From positions 1 through 49,051 of the IMG/VR virus record IMGVR_UViG_3300032282_001533: DNA of 49,051 bases. One strand, written 5' to 3'. Source of the stretch: a virus. Shown here one piece after another: positions 1-9,206 of the stretch; position 1 is the first letter of the stretch; each line of letters starts with the position of its first letter. The position numbers and the translations under genes are program-made. The notes beneath the pieces were generated by a model. That model ran no database searches, was not told where the DNA came from, and saw only the letters and a program-made list of their open reading frames with translations.

Positions 1-2
1 CC

Positions 3-1430
3 AGAGAACTGTCAGAATTTTTTACATTCTATGTTCCTGGTTACCAGTTTGTTCCTGCGTTTCGAAATAGGGTGTGGGATGGCAAAATTAGATTGTTCAA
101 TTTACAGAGTTCATTATTATATCAAGGTTTGTTAAATTACATTGAACAGTTTGCAGAAACAAGAGGTTACACTTTTGAGTTTTTAGATGGTGTTGATGTT
201 GAGGACGATTGTAGTGTATATCATGCAGAAAAATTTATTAAAGAATTAAACATTCACGCCAGAGGTGAACCTATTGAAGTAAGGGAACACCAGTTGGCCG
301 CATATGTTCATGCCATGCAAAAGAAGCGAGCTTTGTTGTTGTCGCCAACGGCATCAGGTAAGTCCCTTATCATTTATTTAATATTTCAACAGTTGTTTAA
401 GTATCAAAAACTTAAAGGACTTATAATTGTTCCAACGACTTCTTTGGTTGAACAGTTATATTCAGATTTTTCAGACTATAACAATGACAATATGGAAGAA
501 TATCTTCATCGTATCTATCAAGGCAAAGAAAAAGACACAGATAAACCGTTGACAATATCCACTTGGCAGTCATTGTATAAAATGCCAAAAGAATATTTTG
601 AACAGTTTGATTATGTGATTGGTGATGAAGCTCATAACTTTAAAGCACAATCACTTACTACTATTTTAACCAACTGTGTTAATGCCAAGTACCGCATTGG
701 CCTTACTGGCACCTTAGATGGTACCAAAACTCACAAACTGGTATTAGAAGGTTTGTTTGGGCCAGTTAGAAAAGTAATAACAACCAAAGAATTAATTGAT
801 AAAGGTGAGGTATCAAACTTTGAAATTAAATGCCTTGTATTAAAACACTCTGAAGAGGCCTCTAAACTATTAAAAGATAAAACTTATGCAGAAGAAATTG
901 ACTATCTTATTTCTAATGAAGCAAGAAATAAATTTGTTAAGAATCTTGCAATTAGCTTAGGTAAAAATACTTTGGTGCTTTACCAAATGGTTGACAAACA
1001 TGGCAAAATACTGTATGATATGATTAAGGACACCAAGAACATTGGCGATAGAAAAGTATTCTTTGTGCATGGCGGTGTTGATGCTTCCGACAGAGAAGAA
1101 ATAAGAAGAATTATGGAGATAGAACAAGATGCAATTGTTGTTGCTAGTTTTGGCACTTTTAGTACTGGTATTAATATTAGGAATTTGCATAACATTATAT
1201 TTGCAATGCCAACAAAATCGAGCATTCGAACTCTGCAAAGTATTGGACGAGGTTTACGACAGAGTGAAGGAAAAGAAATAGCCATATTATATGATATTTC
1301 TGACGACCTTAGGGTTGGCAAACACATGAACTATACTTTAAAACACTTTGTAGAAAGAACTAAGATATATAATGAGGAAAGGTTCCCATTCAAAATGTAT
1401 AAAATAGGACTTAAAGATGGACAATATTAA
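3..1430 (+). CDS. uvsW: UvsW-like DNA/RNA helicase (5' end outside window; frame is open to the left edge, so the GTG at 72 is not the true start)
   Basis: In-frame RELSEFFTFYVPGYQFVPAFRNRVWDGKIRL precedes the listed ORF; helicase motifs LLLSPTASGKSL (I), GDEAHNF (II), GLTGTLDG (III), QSIGRGLRQSEGK (VI). Confidence 0.93.
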   Translation, partial: RELSEFFTFYVPGYQFVPAFRNRVWDGKIRLFNLQSSLLYQGLLNYIEQFAETRGYTFEFLDGVDVEDDCSVYHAEKFIKELNIHARGEPIEVREHQLAAYVHAMQKKRALLLSPTASGKSLIIYLIFQQLFKYQKLKGLIIVPTTSLVEQLYSDFSDYNNDNMEEYLHRIYQGKEKDTDKPLTISTWQSLYKMPKEYFEQFDYVIGDEAHNFKAQSLTTILTNCVNAKYRIGLTGTLDGTKTHKLVLEGLFGPVRKVITTKELIDKGEVSNFEIKCLVLKHSEEASKLLKDKTYAEEIDYLISNEARNKFVKNLAISLGKNTLVLYQMVDKHGKILYDMIKDTKNIGDRKVFFVHGGVDASDREEIRRIMEIEQDAIVVASFGTFSTGINIRNLHNIIFAMPTKSSIRTLQSIGRGLRQSEGKEIAILYDISDDLRVGKHMNYTLKHFVERTKIYNEERFPFKMYKIGLKDGQY

Positions 1431-1797
1431 ATTAGTCAGATTACAGAATGGTGAAGATATAATTGGGTTTGTTACAGACAAAGATAACGGTAGTTATGAT
1501 GTCGTTGAACCTATGACAGTAGATTTAGATTATAGAACACAACAACCAGGTTTAATTATGAAACATTTGTTGCCGTTGCAACTGGTTAAAAAAAATGAAA
1601 TTATTTTAGAGAACAAAGACATTCTCTTTATGGTAGACCCCGCAGATTCATTTGCTGAATACTATGTGAATACTGTGGAAAAAATTCGTGAATTATTAAC
1701 TGCAAGAGACCTTGTGGATGATATGACAGATGAAGAAGTGAACAACATTATGGATGCATTAGATGAATTTCATCAAGATGGTAATACATTACATTAA
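1417..1797 (+). CDS. Small Sm/Lsm-like conserved phage protein (KLVRLQNGEDIIGFV..)
   Basis: ORF overlapping the uvsW end; N-terminal Sm-like beta motif resembling ORF 18888-19199. Confidence 0.5.
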   Translation: MDNIKLVRLQNGEDIIGFVTDKDNGSYDVVEPMTVDLDYRTQQPGLIMKHLLPLQLVKKNEIILENKDILFMVDPADSFAEYYVNTVEKIRELLTARDLVDDMTDEEVNNIMDALDEFHQDGNTLH

Positions 1798-1868
1798 TAC
1801 TTTCAAACCAGGACATACTCGACTTTACACTCTTGTCAAGCGAATGTCAATAACATTATGTGGTAATC

Positions 1869-2405
1869 ATGGCAACTAAACAAAAACACTATATTAATAA
1901 CGCAGACTTTTTACAGGCTTTGGTGGACTACAAACTTAAATGCAAAGAGGCCAGCAAGAACAAATCTTCACCTCCTGCTATTCCAAATTACATTGGAGAA
2001 TGCTTCATGAAGATTGCCGAAGGATTGTCACATAAACCAAACTTTATTAACTATACCTATCGTGATGAAATGATTTCGGATGGTATTGAAAATTGTTTAA
2101 TGTACTTTGATAATTTTGATGAAACTAAATCCAAGAACCCTTTTGCATACTTTACACAAATTATTTACTATGCATTTCTTCGCAGGATCCAAAAAGAGAA
2201 GAAACAATTGTATGTTAAGTATAAAGCTACAGAACAAATGGGCATACTTGATGAAATGGAATTAATGGAGTTTGAAGATGGTACCACAAAACAATTTGAA
2301 CTCTATGATAACATTGCTGAATTTATTGGAAACTATGAAGATGCTAGAGAGGCAAAGAAAGCGGTAAAGAAGCCTAAAGGTATTGAAAAATTCTTAGACG
2401 AGTGA
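1869..2405 (+). CDS. 55: T4 gp55-like late-transcription sigma factor
   Basis: AIPNYIGECFMKIAEGLSHKPNFINYTYRDEMISDGIENCLMYFDNFDETKSKNPFAYFTQIIYYAFLRRIQKEKKQ is typical of gp55; start taken at the second Met of the ORF. Confidence 0.93.
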   Translation: MATKQKHYINNADFLQALVDYKLKCKEASKNKSSPPAIPNYIGECFMKIAEGLSHKPNFINYTYRDEMISDGIENCLMYFDNFDETKSKNPFAYFTQIIYYAFLRRIQKEKKQLYVKYKATEQMGILDEMELMEFEDGTTKQFELYDNIAEFIGNYEDAREAKKAVKKPKGIEKFLDE

Positions 2406-2409
2406 TATA

Positions 2410-2571
2410 ATGTATAAAGTAAGTTATTATTTAAGTGGTGGAGCGTTAAGATTTAAATCTTTTGAAACACTACATGAAGCAACAATATTTGCCAACCTAC
2501 AACCAATTGATAGTGTGTTAGAAATTAAATATTATGGAGATATCAATGTACGAAAACCAAACCGCAACTAA
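2410..2571 (+). CDS. 53-aa hypothetical protein
   Basis: MYKVSYYLSGGALRFKSFETLHEATIFANLQPIDSVLEIKYYGDINVRKPNRN; read directly from sequence, overlaps next gene by 26 nt. Confidence 0.5.
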   Translation: MYKVSYYLSGGALRFKSFETLHEATIFANLQPIDSVLEIKYYGDINVRKPNRN

Positions 2572-3316
2572 AAAGGTGGTTGTTGTGTCTGGCGGATTTG
2601 ATCCGTTACATTCTGGTCATATTGCTTATTTGAATGAAGCCAAAAACCTTGGCGATATTCTTGTTGTTGGTATTAACAGTAACGAATGGTTGATTCGTAA
2701 AAAAGGCAAGTTCTTTATGGATTGGTATGAAAGATCAAAAATAATAAAGGCAATTAAGTCTGTTGATTATGTTGTTAATTTTGACGATATTGATGATACC
2801 GCAATTAATCTATTACACGCAGTAAAACAGACATGGCCAGGTTATGATATTGTATTTGCAAATGGTGGAGATAGAACCAAAGATAACACACCAGAAATGT
2901 CTGTTGATAATGTTGAATTTGTTTTTGGTGTTGGTGGTCAAACTAAAACAAACTCTTCTTCAAATTTATTGGACGAATGGAAATCTCCTAAAACGGAAAG
3001 ACCTTGGGGATTTTATCGTGTTTTATATGAAACACCAAATACCAAAGTTAAAGAATTGGTTGTAAATCCTAATCAATCATTAACAATGCAAAAACATGAA
3101 TATAGAAATGAACATTGGCATGTTGTTGAAGGAGAAGCAACAGTCATTGAAAAAAGATTAAGTTCAAATTCAAAAAACACATATTACAAACACAGTAATG
3201 TACAGATACCAGTTGGTGTCTGGCATCAATTGCAAAACAATTCAAATGAACTTTTAAAAATTATAGAGATTCAATATGGTAAAGTGTGTGAAGAAAAAGA
3301 TATTGAGAGAAAATGA
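2546..3316 (+). CDS. Fusion: cytidylyltransferase-like domain + ManC/PMI type II-like cupin domain
   Basis: N-term VVSGGFDPLHSGHIAYLNEAKNLGD (HxGH-type); C-term RPWGFYRVLYETPNTKVKELVVNPNQSLTMQKHEYRNEHWHVVEGEA (cupin). GGAG 8 nt before ATG 2546. Confidence 0.85.
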   Translation: MYENQTATKKVVVVSGGFDPLHSGHIAYLNEAKNLGDILVVGINSNEWLIRKKGKFFMDWYERSKIIKAIKSVDYVVNFDDIDDTAINLLHAVKQTWPGYDIVFANGGDRTKDNTPEMSVDNVEFVFGVGGQTKTNSSSNLLDEWKSPKTERPWGFYRVLYETPNTKVKELVVNPNQSLTMQKHEYRNEHWHVVEGEATVIEKRLSSNSKNTYYKHSNVQIPVGVWHQLQNNSNELLKIIEIQYGKVCEEKDIERK

Positions 3317-4383
3317 AAATAGCAATTATAACTGACCAACATTTTGGCGCTCGTAATGATTCACCAAACTTTTTAGATTATTATGAAAAGTTCTATAAAG
3401 ATACATTTTTTCCTACTATTGACAGTAATGGCATTGATACTGTTCTCATACTTGGTGACACCTTTGACCGCCGAAAGTATGTAAATTTTTATTCTTTAAA
3501 GCGCACTAAAGAGATGTTCTTTGATGAGTTGGCCAAACGAAACATTAAAGTTTATATGTTGGCAGGTAATCATGATACTTATTTTAAAAATACTAATGAA
3601 GTTAATTCGATAGACCTGTTACTTAAAGAATACAATAATATTAATGTGATTGACAAACCAATCACGATTGATGTATATGACAATAAAATTTGCATGATGC
3701 CTTGGATTTGTCCAGAAAATTATGAACAATCTATGGAAGTCTTATCAAACACTACGGCTAATGTTTGTATGGGACACTTTGAAATTGCCGGCTTTGCCAT
3801 GCATCGTGGTATGCCATCTTTAGAAGGATTAAACCGTGAACTTTTTAGACGTTTCGATTGTGTATTCAGCGGCCATTACCATCACCGTTCTTCTGGTGAT
3901 AACATCACTTATCTTGGAAATCCATACGAACTCACCTGGCAAGATTATAATGATCCAAGGGGTTTTCATTTGTTTGACCTCGATACTCATCAGCTTGATT
4001 TTATTGTTAATCCTAATGTAATGTTTCATCGTGTCATTTATGATGATAAAGAGGAAAGTATTACCGAAATTACCAATAAAGATTTGAATAAGTTTACCGG
4101 CACCTATGTTAAAGTTGTGGTATTAAATAAAACCAATCCTTATTTGTTTGATAAGTTTATGAACAACTTATACAACATTAACCCGATTGATATTACCATT
4201 GCGGAAGACATGGCTGACTTGACAGAAGGCTTAGAAGATGATATGATTAATGAAGCTGAAGATACTATCACAATTATTAATAAATTTGTAGATGGTATTC
4301 AAGAAGAACATATTAATAATGATAAACTCAAAACAGTATTAAAAGAGCTGTATGTTGAGGCCTTAAATTTGGAACAAGCATGA
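3313..4383 (+). CDS. 47: gp47-like recombination endonuclease subunit (SbcD/Mre11 family)
   Basis: ITDQHFGARND, LGDTFDRRK, AGNHDTYFKN, FSGHYHHRSS metallophosphatase motifs; followed by gp46. Confidence 0.95.
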   Translation: MKIAIITDQHFGARNDSPNFLDYYEKFYKDTFFPTIDSNGIDTVLILGDTFDRRKYVNFYSLKRTKEMFFDELAKRNIKVYMLAGNHDTYFKNTNEVNSIDLLLKEYNNINVIDKPITIDVYDNKICMMPWICPENYEQSMEVLSNTTANVCMGHFEIAGFAMHRGMPSLEGLNRELFRRFDCVFSGHYHHRSSGDNITYLGNPYELTWQDYNDPRGFHLFDLDTHQLDFIVNPNVMFHRVIYDDKEESITEITNKDLNKFTGTYVKVVVLNKTNPYLFDKFMNNLYNINPIDITIAEDMADLTEGLEDDMINEAEDTITIINKFVDGIQEEHINNDKLKTVLKELYVEALNLEQA

Positions 4384-4592
4384 AAAAATACCACATAAGA
4401 TTTAACCAACAACACAACGGATCAGGATTTGTGTGGAGAGTTTTTGAGGACGGAGTAGAATATCTTGTTAAACATGTAAAAATTAATGTTCCTTGTTTTG
4501 ATGAAGAAACCGTAGAGTATGGTGCAACAAAATGGAATATTGTTTGTAATGGATATATGAATATTGCGGATGATATTGCAACAATAAATTAA
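4380..4592 (+). CDS. Hypothetical protein inserted between gp47 and gp46 genes
   Basis: ATGA-coupled ORF, 70 aa. Confidence 0.7.
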   Translation: MKKYHIRFNQQHNGSGFVWRVFEDGVEYLVKHVKINVPCFDEETVEYGATKWNIVCNGYMNIADDIATIN

Positions 4593-4593
4593 T

Positions 4594-6309
4594 ATGATTA
4601 TATTTCAAAAAGTCCGTTGGAAGAATTTTCTTTCAACCGGCAATTCGTTTACTGAAATTGATTTTCAGAGGTCACCAAATACACTTATCGTTGGCCATAA
4701 TGGTGCAGGTAAATCTACCATTTTAGATGCTTTGTGTTTTGGTCTCTTTGGTAAACCATTTCGTAAAATCAACAAACCACAATTATTAAACTCCATCAAT
4801 CAACAATCCGCAGTTGTTGAGATTGAATTTGCCATTGGTAAAAAAGAATACAAAGTAATTCGTGGTATCAAACCAAATACATTTGAAGTATACCTTGGTG
4901 ATAAGTTACTTGACCAAGACGCTAAGGCAAAAGACTATCAAGAGTTCCTAGAGAAGTTTATTCTTAAATTAAACTACAAATCGTTTACTCAAGTGGTTAT
5001 CTTAGGTTCGGCATCGTTTGTTCCATTCATGCAGTTATCTCCTGCAGACCGTAGAGCAATCATTGAGGATTTACTAGACATTGGTATCTTCTCATCTATG
5101 AATGGATTAGTCAAAGAAAAAATGTCTGAGATTAAAGACCTTACTACAAAAACCAAGTATGAAGTTGAATTAGCCAATGAACGTATTAACTTTCAAAAAC
5201 AAAGTATTGAAGAACATAAAACTCGTTCTGATGTGGAGATTACTAAAAAACAAAAAGAAGTAACCGATTCAGTAGACCAAATCTTTACGCTTGAAAGGGA
5301 CATTGAATTAATTGGTAAACACATTGCGGTATTACAAAGTAAAGTTTCTGACCAAGTGTCGGTACAAAAGAAAAGTTCCAAGTTATTGCAGTTGGAAGCC
5401 AAACTAGAATCTCGTATTAAGAAGATTGATAAAGAGGTAACATTCTATGAAGAACATGATGATTGTCCAACCTGTAAACAAGGAATTGGAGAGGAGTTTA
5501 GAACTGGCCAAGTATCTACTCTCACTACCACCAAAAGCGAGGTCTCTACAGCCTTATCAGATATCGCTACTCAAATTACTGCAACAAGCACAAGATTCGA
5601 AGAAATTCAAAATGTGCTTAGACACATTACGGCACACAATAATGAGGTCGTTAAGCACAACTCAACTATATCAGCTATTAACAAATTTGTTACAAAACTA
5701 CAAAGAGAAATAGAAGAACTACAAACACACAAAGACACATCAGAAGAAGATAATGAGAAGTTAAAAGAGTTGCGAGAGCAATTATCCGCACTCAGTACCG
5801 AGATGGAACAACTGGCAACCGAGAAACAATATTATGAATTTGCCGGTTCTTTACTGAAGGATACTGGTATTAAAACAAAGATTATTCGACAGTATTTACC
5901 TATTATGAATAAGTTAATTAATAAGTATTTGTCTGCAATGGACTTTTTTGTAAATTTTAATATCAATGAGAATTTTGAAGAAACAATTAAATCTCGACAC
6001 CGTGATGAGTTCAGTTATGCCAACTTCTCTGAAGGTGAAAAGATGCGTATTGACTTGGCTCTATTGTTTACATGGCGACAGATTGCAAAGTTGAAGAATA
6101 GTACCAACACTAATCTATTAATTTTAGATGAAGTATTTGATTCAAGTTTAGATACTGTAGGTACGGAAGAGTTTTTAAAGTTGATTCATGAGATGGGAAC
6201 AGATACCAATGTTTTTGTTATCTCACACAAAGGCGACCAACTGTTTGATAAGTTTAGGTCTGTAATCAAATTTAAAAAGGTTAATAATTTCAGTCAGATA
6301 GAGAAATAA
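4594..6309 (+). CDS. 46: gp46-like recombination endonuclease subunit (SbcC/Rad50 family)
   Basis: Walker A LIVGHNGAGKST, zinc hook CPTC, signature NFSEGEKMRIDLALLF, LLILDEVFDSSLD. Confidence 0.95.
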   Translation: MIIFQKVRWKNFLSTGNSFTEIDFQRSPNTLIVGHNGAGKSTILDALCFGLFGKPFRKINKPQLLNSINQQSAVVEIEFAIGKKEYKVIRGIKPNTFEVYLGDKLLDQDAKAKDYQEFLEKFILKLNYKSFTQVVILGSASFVPFMQLSPADRRAIIEDLLDIGIFSSMNGLVKEKMSEIKDLTTKTKYEVELANERINFQKQSIEEHKTRSDVEITKKQKEVTDSVDQIFTLERDIELIGKHIAVLQSKVSDQVSVQKKSSKLLQLEAKLESRIKKIDKEVTFYEEHDDCPTCKQGIGEEFRTGQVSTLTTTKSEVSTALSDIATQITATSTRFEEIQNVLRHITAHNNEVVKHNSTISAINKFVTKLQREIEELQTHKDTSEEDNEKLKELREQLSALSTEMEQLATEKQYYEFAGSLLKDTGIKTKIIRQYLPIMNKLINKYLSAMDFFVNFNINENFEETIKSRHRDEFSYANFSEGEKMRIDLALLFTWRQIAKLKNSTNTNLLILDEVFDSSLDTVGTEEFLKLIHEMGTDTNVFVISHKGDQLFDKFRSVIKFKKVNNFSQIEK

Positions 6310-6370
6310 GTTTAGGTGTATATGAATTATATAAAGATAAATTTAAAAATTATTTAGATAAGGTGGCCAA

Positions 6371-6919
6371 ATGAGTGTATTAAGAGAATTCACTAATGCA
6401 AAACATAGAGAAGCAGAAGCAAAACCTTTTGTTCAATATCTTCTTGGTGGAACAATTACAGAAGAACATTATGTAATGTATCTACAACAGATGTTTCCAA
6501 TCTATGCTATTTTAGAGTATTATGCTGAATTGGCTGGTCTTATTCAAGATTTGCCAGATTTAAAAAGGTCTAATTATATTTTACAAGACTTGGCTGAATT
6601 ACATTCTGGTTATCCAACCAAAAAATATGAAAGCACTCAAAAATATCGTAAACGAATAGAAGAACTTTTTTATGATCCTGAAAGAAAACATCTTTTAATG
6701 GCACACATCTATGTTCGTCATATGGGTGATTTATATGGTGGAAAAATTATTGCAAAACGAGTACCTGGTTCTGGACTAGCTTATCAGTTTGAAGATAGAC
6801 CGGCATTAATAAAGGCCTTAGATGCTAAATTAACCACAGAGTTGGTTGAAGAAGCAATACTTGGCTTTGAGTTATCCATGGGAGTTTTTGATGAATTACA
6901 GGAGAAAATAAATGAGTGA
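6371..6919 (+). CDS. Heme oxygenase
   Basis: N-terminal KHREAEAKPF (proximal His) and HIYVRHMGDLYGGKIIAKRVPG, typical of heme oxygenase. Confidence 0.85.
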   Translation: MSVLREFTNAKHREAEAKPFVQYLLGGTITEEHYVMYLQQMFPIYAILEYYAELAGLIQDLPDLKRSNYILQDLAELHSGYPTKKYESTQKYRKRIEELFYDPERKHLLMAHIYVRHMGDLYGGKIIAKRVPGSGLAYQFEDRPALIKALDAKLTTELVEEAILGFELSMGVFDELQEKINE

Positions 6920-7484
6920 AGTTTTTAAATTAGATACATCGGAAGCATCCAAAGTTGAATTTAAAAAAGAACAACCAAAATTATTAAATTTGGTTGCAGA
7001 AGATCATGCAATTCTGAAACAAGTATTGCCAGAATTTGATTTTAAAAATCCTCCTGTTGATCCTGAAAAGTTAGCTTCAGACCTTGCAGAAACCTGTAAA
7101 GCAAATCATGGTATTGGATTATCAGCCAATCAATGTGGTTTGCCATATCGTGTGTTTGTGATGGGTTCAGAAGAAGGATATTTGGCTTATTTTAATCCAA
7201 GCATCGTATTAAAATCAAAAAAAGAAGTTCATATGATGGAAGGTTGCCTTTCTTTTCCTTTCTTAGGATTAAGAATTACCAGACCAGAAGAAGTTGCGGT
7301 AACTTACCAAGATTATACTGGAGAATGGAAAGAAACACAATTTAGTGGTATATCTGCTCGTTGTTTCCAACATGAGCTTGACCACATGGATGGAATTGTG
7401 TATACTAGCCATGCAAAACCGATGGCATTACAATCCGGTATGACTAAACGAAATAAAATTTTAAAGAAATTGCGATTAAGATAA
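6912..7484 (+). CDS. def: Peptide deformylase
   Basis: GIGLSANQCG, EGCLSFPF, QHELDHMDG motifs. Confidence 0.95.
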   Translation: MSEVFKLDTSEASKVEFKKEQPKLLNLVAEDHAILKQVLPEFDFKNPPVDPEKLASDLAETCKANHGIGLSANQCGLPYRVFVMGSEEGYLAYFNPSIVLKSKKEVHMMEGCLSFPFLGLRITRPEEVAVTYQDYTGEWKETQFSGISARCFQHELDHMDGIVYTSHAKPMALQSGMTKRNKILKKLRLR

Positions 7485-8758
7485 TGGCAACACCAATTGA
7501 GTTTGTAGATAAACAATGGAAAGAATGGCAGGAAAATAATCCTGTTGAAAAATTTCAACATATTGATGTTGAAATGATGAAAGAAGTCCTCATCAAGGAC
7601 TTAACATATGCTTCTCAAATGGATGTTCGTGAATATACTTTATATCAAAAGTGGTGTGAAGTAAAAGAAAGATATCCTATTCATGAAGATAATGCACTAT
7701 CTTTGATGTTAGGTGAACCTCAAAAAATGGTAAATGAGGAACATGAAAAACTTATTAAAGAAGTTAAAAATAACTTTTGGGTACCTAAAGATCCGGATGA
7801 CTTTCAAAATTTAAAACCTAAGATGGTTCTATCAAACGGACCTGATGCAGAAACTTGGAATGCCGTTCGTACCTTTTCTTCTACAATGAAGAATAACAGT
7901 AATATTGGCCGTAATCTATTTTACATTCTTACCGATGAAGTTACTGGTAAATATCTTGGTGTCATCTGTATCTCCTCAGACTTCCTGGACTTGACTCCGA
8001 GAGATAATGCAATCGGATGGTCGAGAGATGTTAAGACACAACAACACATGATTAATCACACCGCAATCGGTTCTACAATTGTTCCGTTGCAACCACTTGG
8101 TTTCAATTACATGGGTGGTAAATTATTGGCATTGATGTGTCTATCCGATACAGTTCAAGCAGATTGGAAAAGGCAATATGGAGACACTCTTGTTGGCGTT
8201 ACTACAACGTCACTATACGGAAAAACAAAAGCAGGAGGGCTTTCGCAGTATGATGGCCTTGAGCATTGGAATCCTATGGGCTTTTCTTCTGGCTCGGTGG
8301 CTTTCGAACCATCCAGAGCAACCAAAAAATTAGTATTCGATTGGATTAAAGAGAACCATACTCGTAAATATTTTGAATGGTGGGAAGCCAAGAATACACA
8401 GGGTCTTCCACTTAAGCGTGACCACAAGAATCGTTCTTTAAACTTTGCTTATTCTAAGTTACAAATACCAAAAGAATTGATTCGTACCGAACATCAACGT
8501 GGTATCTATTTTAGTCCACTCTATAATAATACCAATGAATTTCTCCGTAAAGAGATTACCAATTCCGAACTGGTAAAGTCGTTTGATACCAGTGAAGAAA
8601 CCCTTGCCAATATTTGGAAAACCAAGTATGCTAAGGGACGAATTAGGCAATTACAAAAAAAGAATAATGTTTCATATGAAACACTTTTTTATGATGACCT
8701 AATTTATCTGTCTTGGGAAGATACCAAGGCAAAATATCTGCCACAAGTTGGCAGATAA
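7484..8758 (+). CDS. DUF4338 / DruA-like protein, copy A
   Basis: PRDNAIGWSRDVKTQQHMINHTAIGSTIVPLQPLGFNYMGGKLLAL..DWKRQYGDTLVGVTTTSLYG..QYDGL recalls the DruA core; paralog at 25528-26631. Confidence 0.6.
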   Translation: MATPIEFVDKQWKEWQENNPVEKFQHIDVEMMKEVLIKDLTYASQMDVREYTLYQKWCEVKERYPIHEDNALSLMLGEPQKMVNEEHEKLIKEVKNNFWVPKDPDDFQNLKPKMVLSNGPDAETWNAVRTFSSTMKNNSNIGRNLFYILTDEVTGKYLGVICISSDFLDLTPRDNAIGWSRDVKTQQHMINHTAIGSTIVPLQPLGFNYMGGKLLALMCLSDTVQADWKRQYGDTLVGVTTTSLYGKTKAGGLSQYDGLEHWNPMGFSSGSVAFEPSRATKKLVFDWIKENHTRKYFEWWEAKNTQGLPLKRDHKNRSLNFAYSKLQIPKELIRTEHQRGIYFSPLYNNTNEFLRKEITNSELVKSFDTSEETLANIWKTKYAKGRIRQLQKKNNVSYETLFYDDLIYLSWEDTKAKYLPQVGR

Positions 8759-8779
8759 ACAAGTATACCACACACATAC

Positions 8780-8809
8780 TTGACACAGACACATATATAA
8801 TGATATACT
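8780..8809 (+). promoter_or_regulatory. Sigma70-type promoter TTGACA-N18-TATACT
   Basis: Direct match at 8780-8785 and 8804-8809, upstream of 8861. Confidence 0.75.
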
Positions 8810-8860
8810 GTGTGAACTTGCTAAGGCAAGATTTTTAACTTTACTATGGAGTATTATATA

Positions 8861-9133
8861 ATGAGCAAGAATTTATCTGCTAAACAAAAGATGTTGGCCA
8901 CTTTGAAGAAACAAGATGGTTACAACACATTCACTACAGCCCAAGCACAAACACGTTTTGGTATCAGCAATGTTGCGGCTCGTATCGATGAACTTCGTAA
9001 AGAAGGTAACTGCATCTACACAAATTCCAAAACTTTGGAAAATGGTCGTAAGATTACTTTCTATCGCCTAGGTACACCTACTAAAGCAATGGTTAAGGCT
9101 GCACTAAGTGCCGGTTATTCTTTCACTGCCTAA
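8861..9133 (+). CDS. Small winged-helix DNA-binding protein
   Basis: YNTFTTAQAQTRFGISNVAARIDELRKEGNCIYT..RKITFYRLG; own promoter and terminator. Confidence 0.7.
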   Translation: MSKNLSAKQKMLATLKKQDGYNTFTTAQAQTRFGISNVAARIDELRKEGNCIYTNSKTLENGRKITFYRLGTPTKAMVKAALSAGYSFTA

Positions 9134-9149
9134 TCGGTAGACACAGACT

Positions 9150-9190
9150 AAGAGGAGTTGGCTTTGAGCCAATCTCCTCTTTTTTATTTT
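9150..9190 (+). terminator. Rho-independent terminator
   Basis: aagaggagTTGGCT ttg AGCCAAtctcctctt stem (one bulged T) followed by ttttttattt. Confidence 0.92.
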
Positions 9191-9206
9191 AAACATTGGA
9201 GAACAA

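Noticed and set aside
72-74. GTG start proposed for the first ORF
   Set aside because: The frame is open to the window edge and upstream residues (RELSEFFTFYVPGYQFVPAFRNR) fit the UvsW N-domain, so the gene is simply truncated.
957-1327. Minus-strand ORFs of 93 and 115 aa within uvsW
   Set aside because: Shadow ORFs of a strong helicase reading frame; low-complexity translations.
6329-6336. TATAAAGA as a possible late promoter upstream of heme oxygenase
   Set aside because: Only a partial match in an A/T-rich gap; not distinguishable from background without TSS data.
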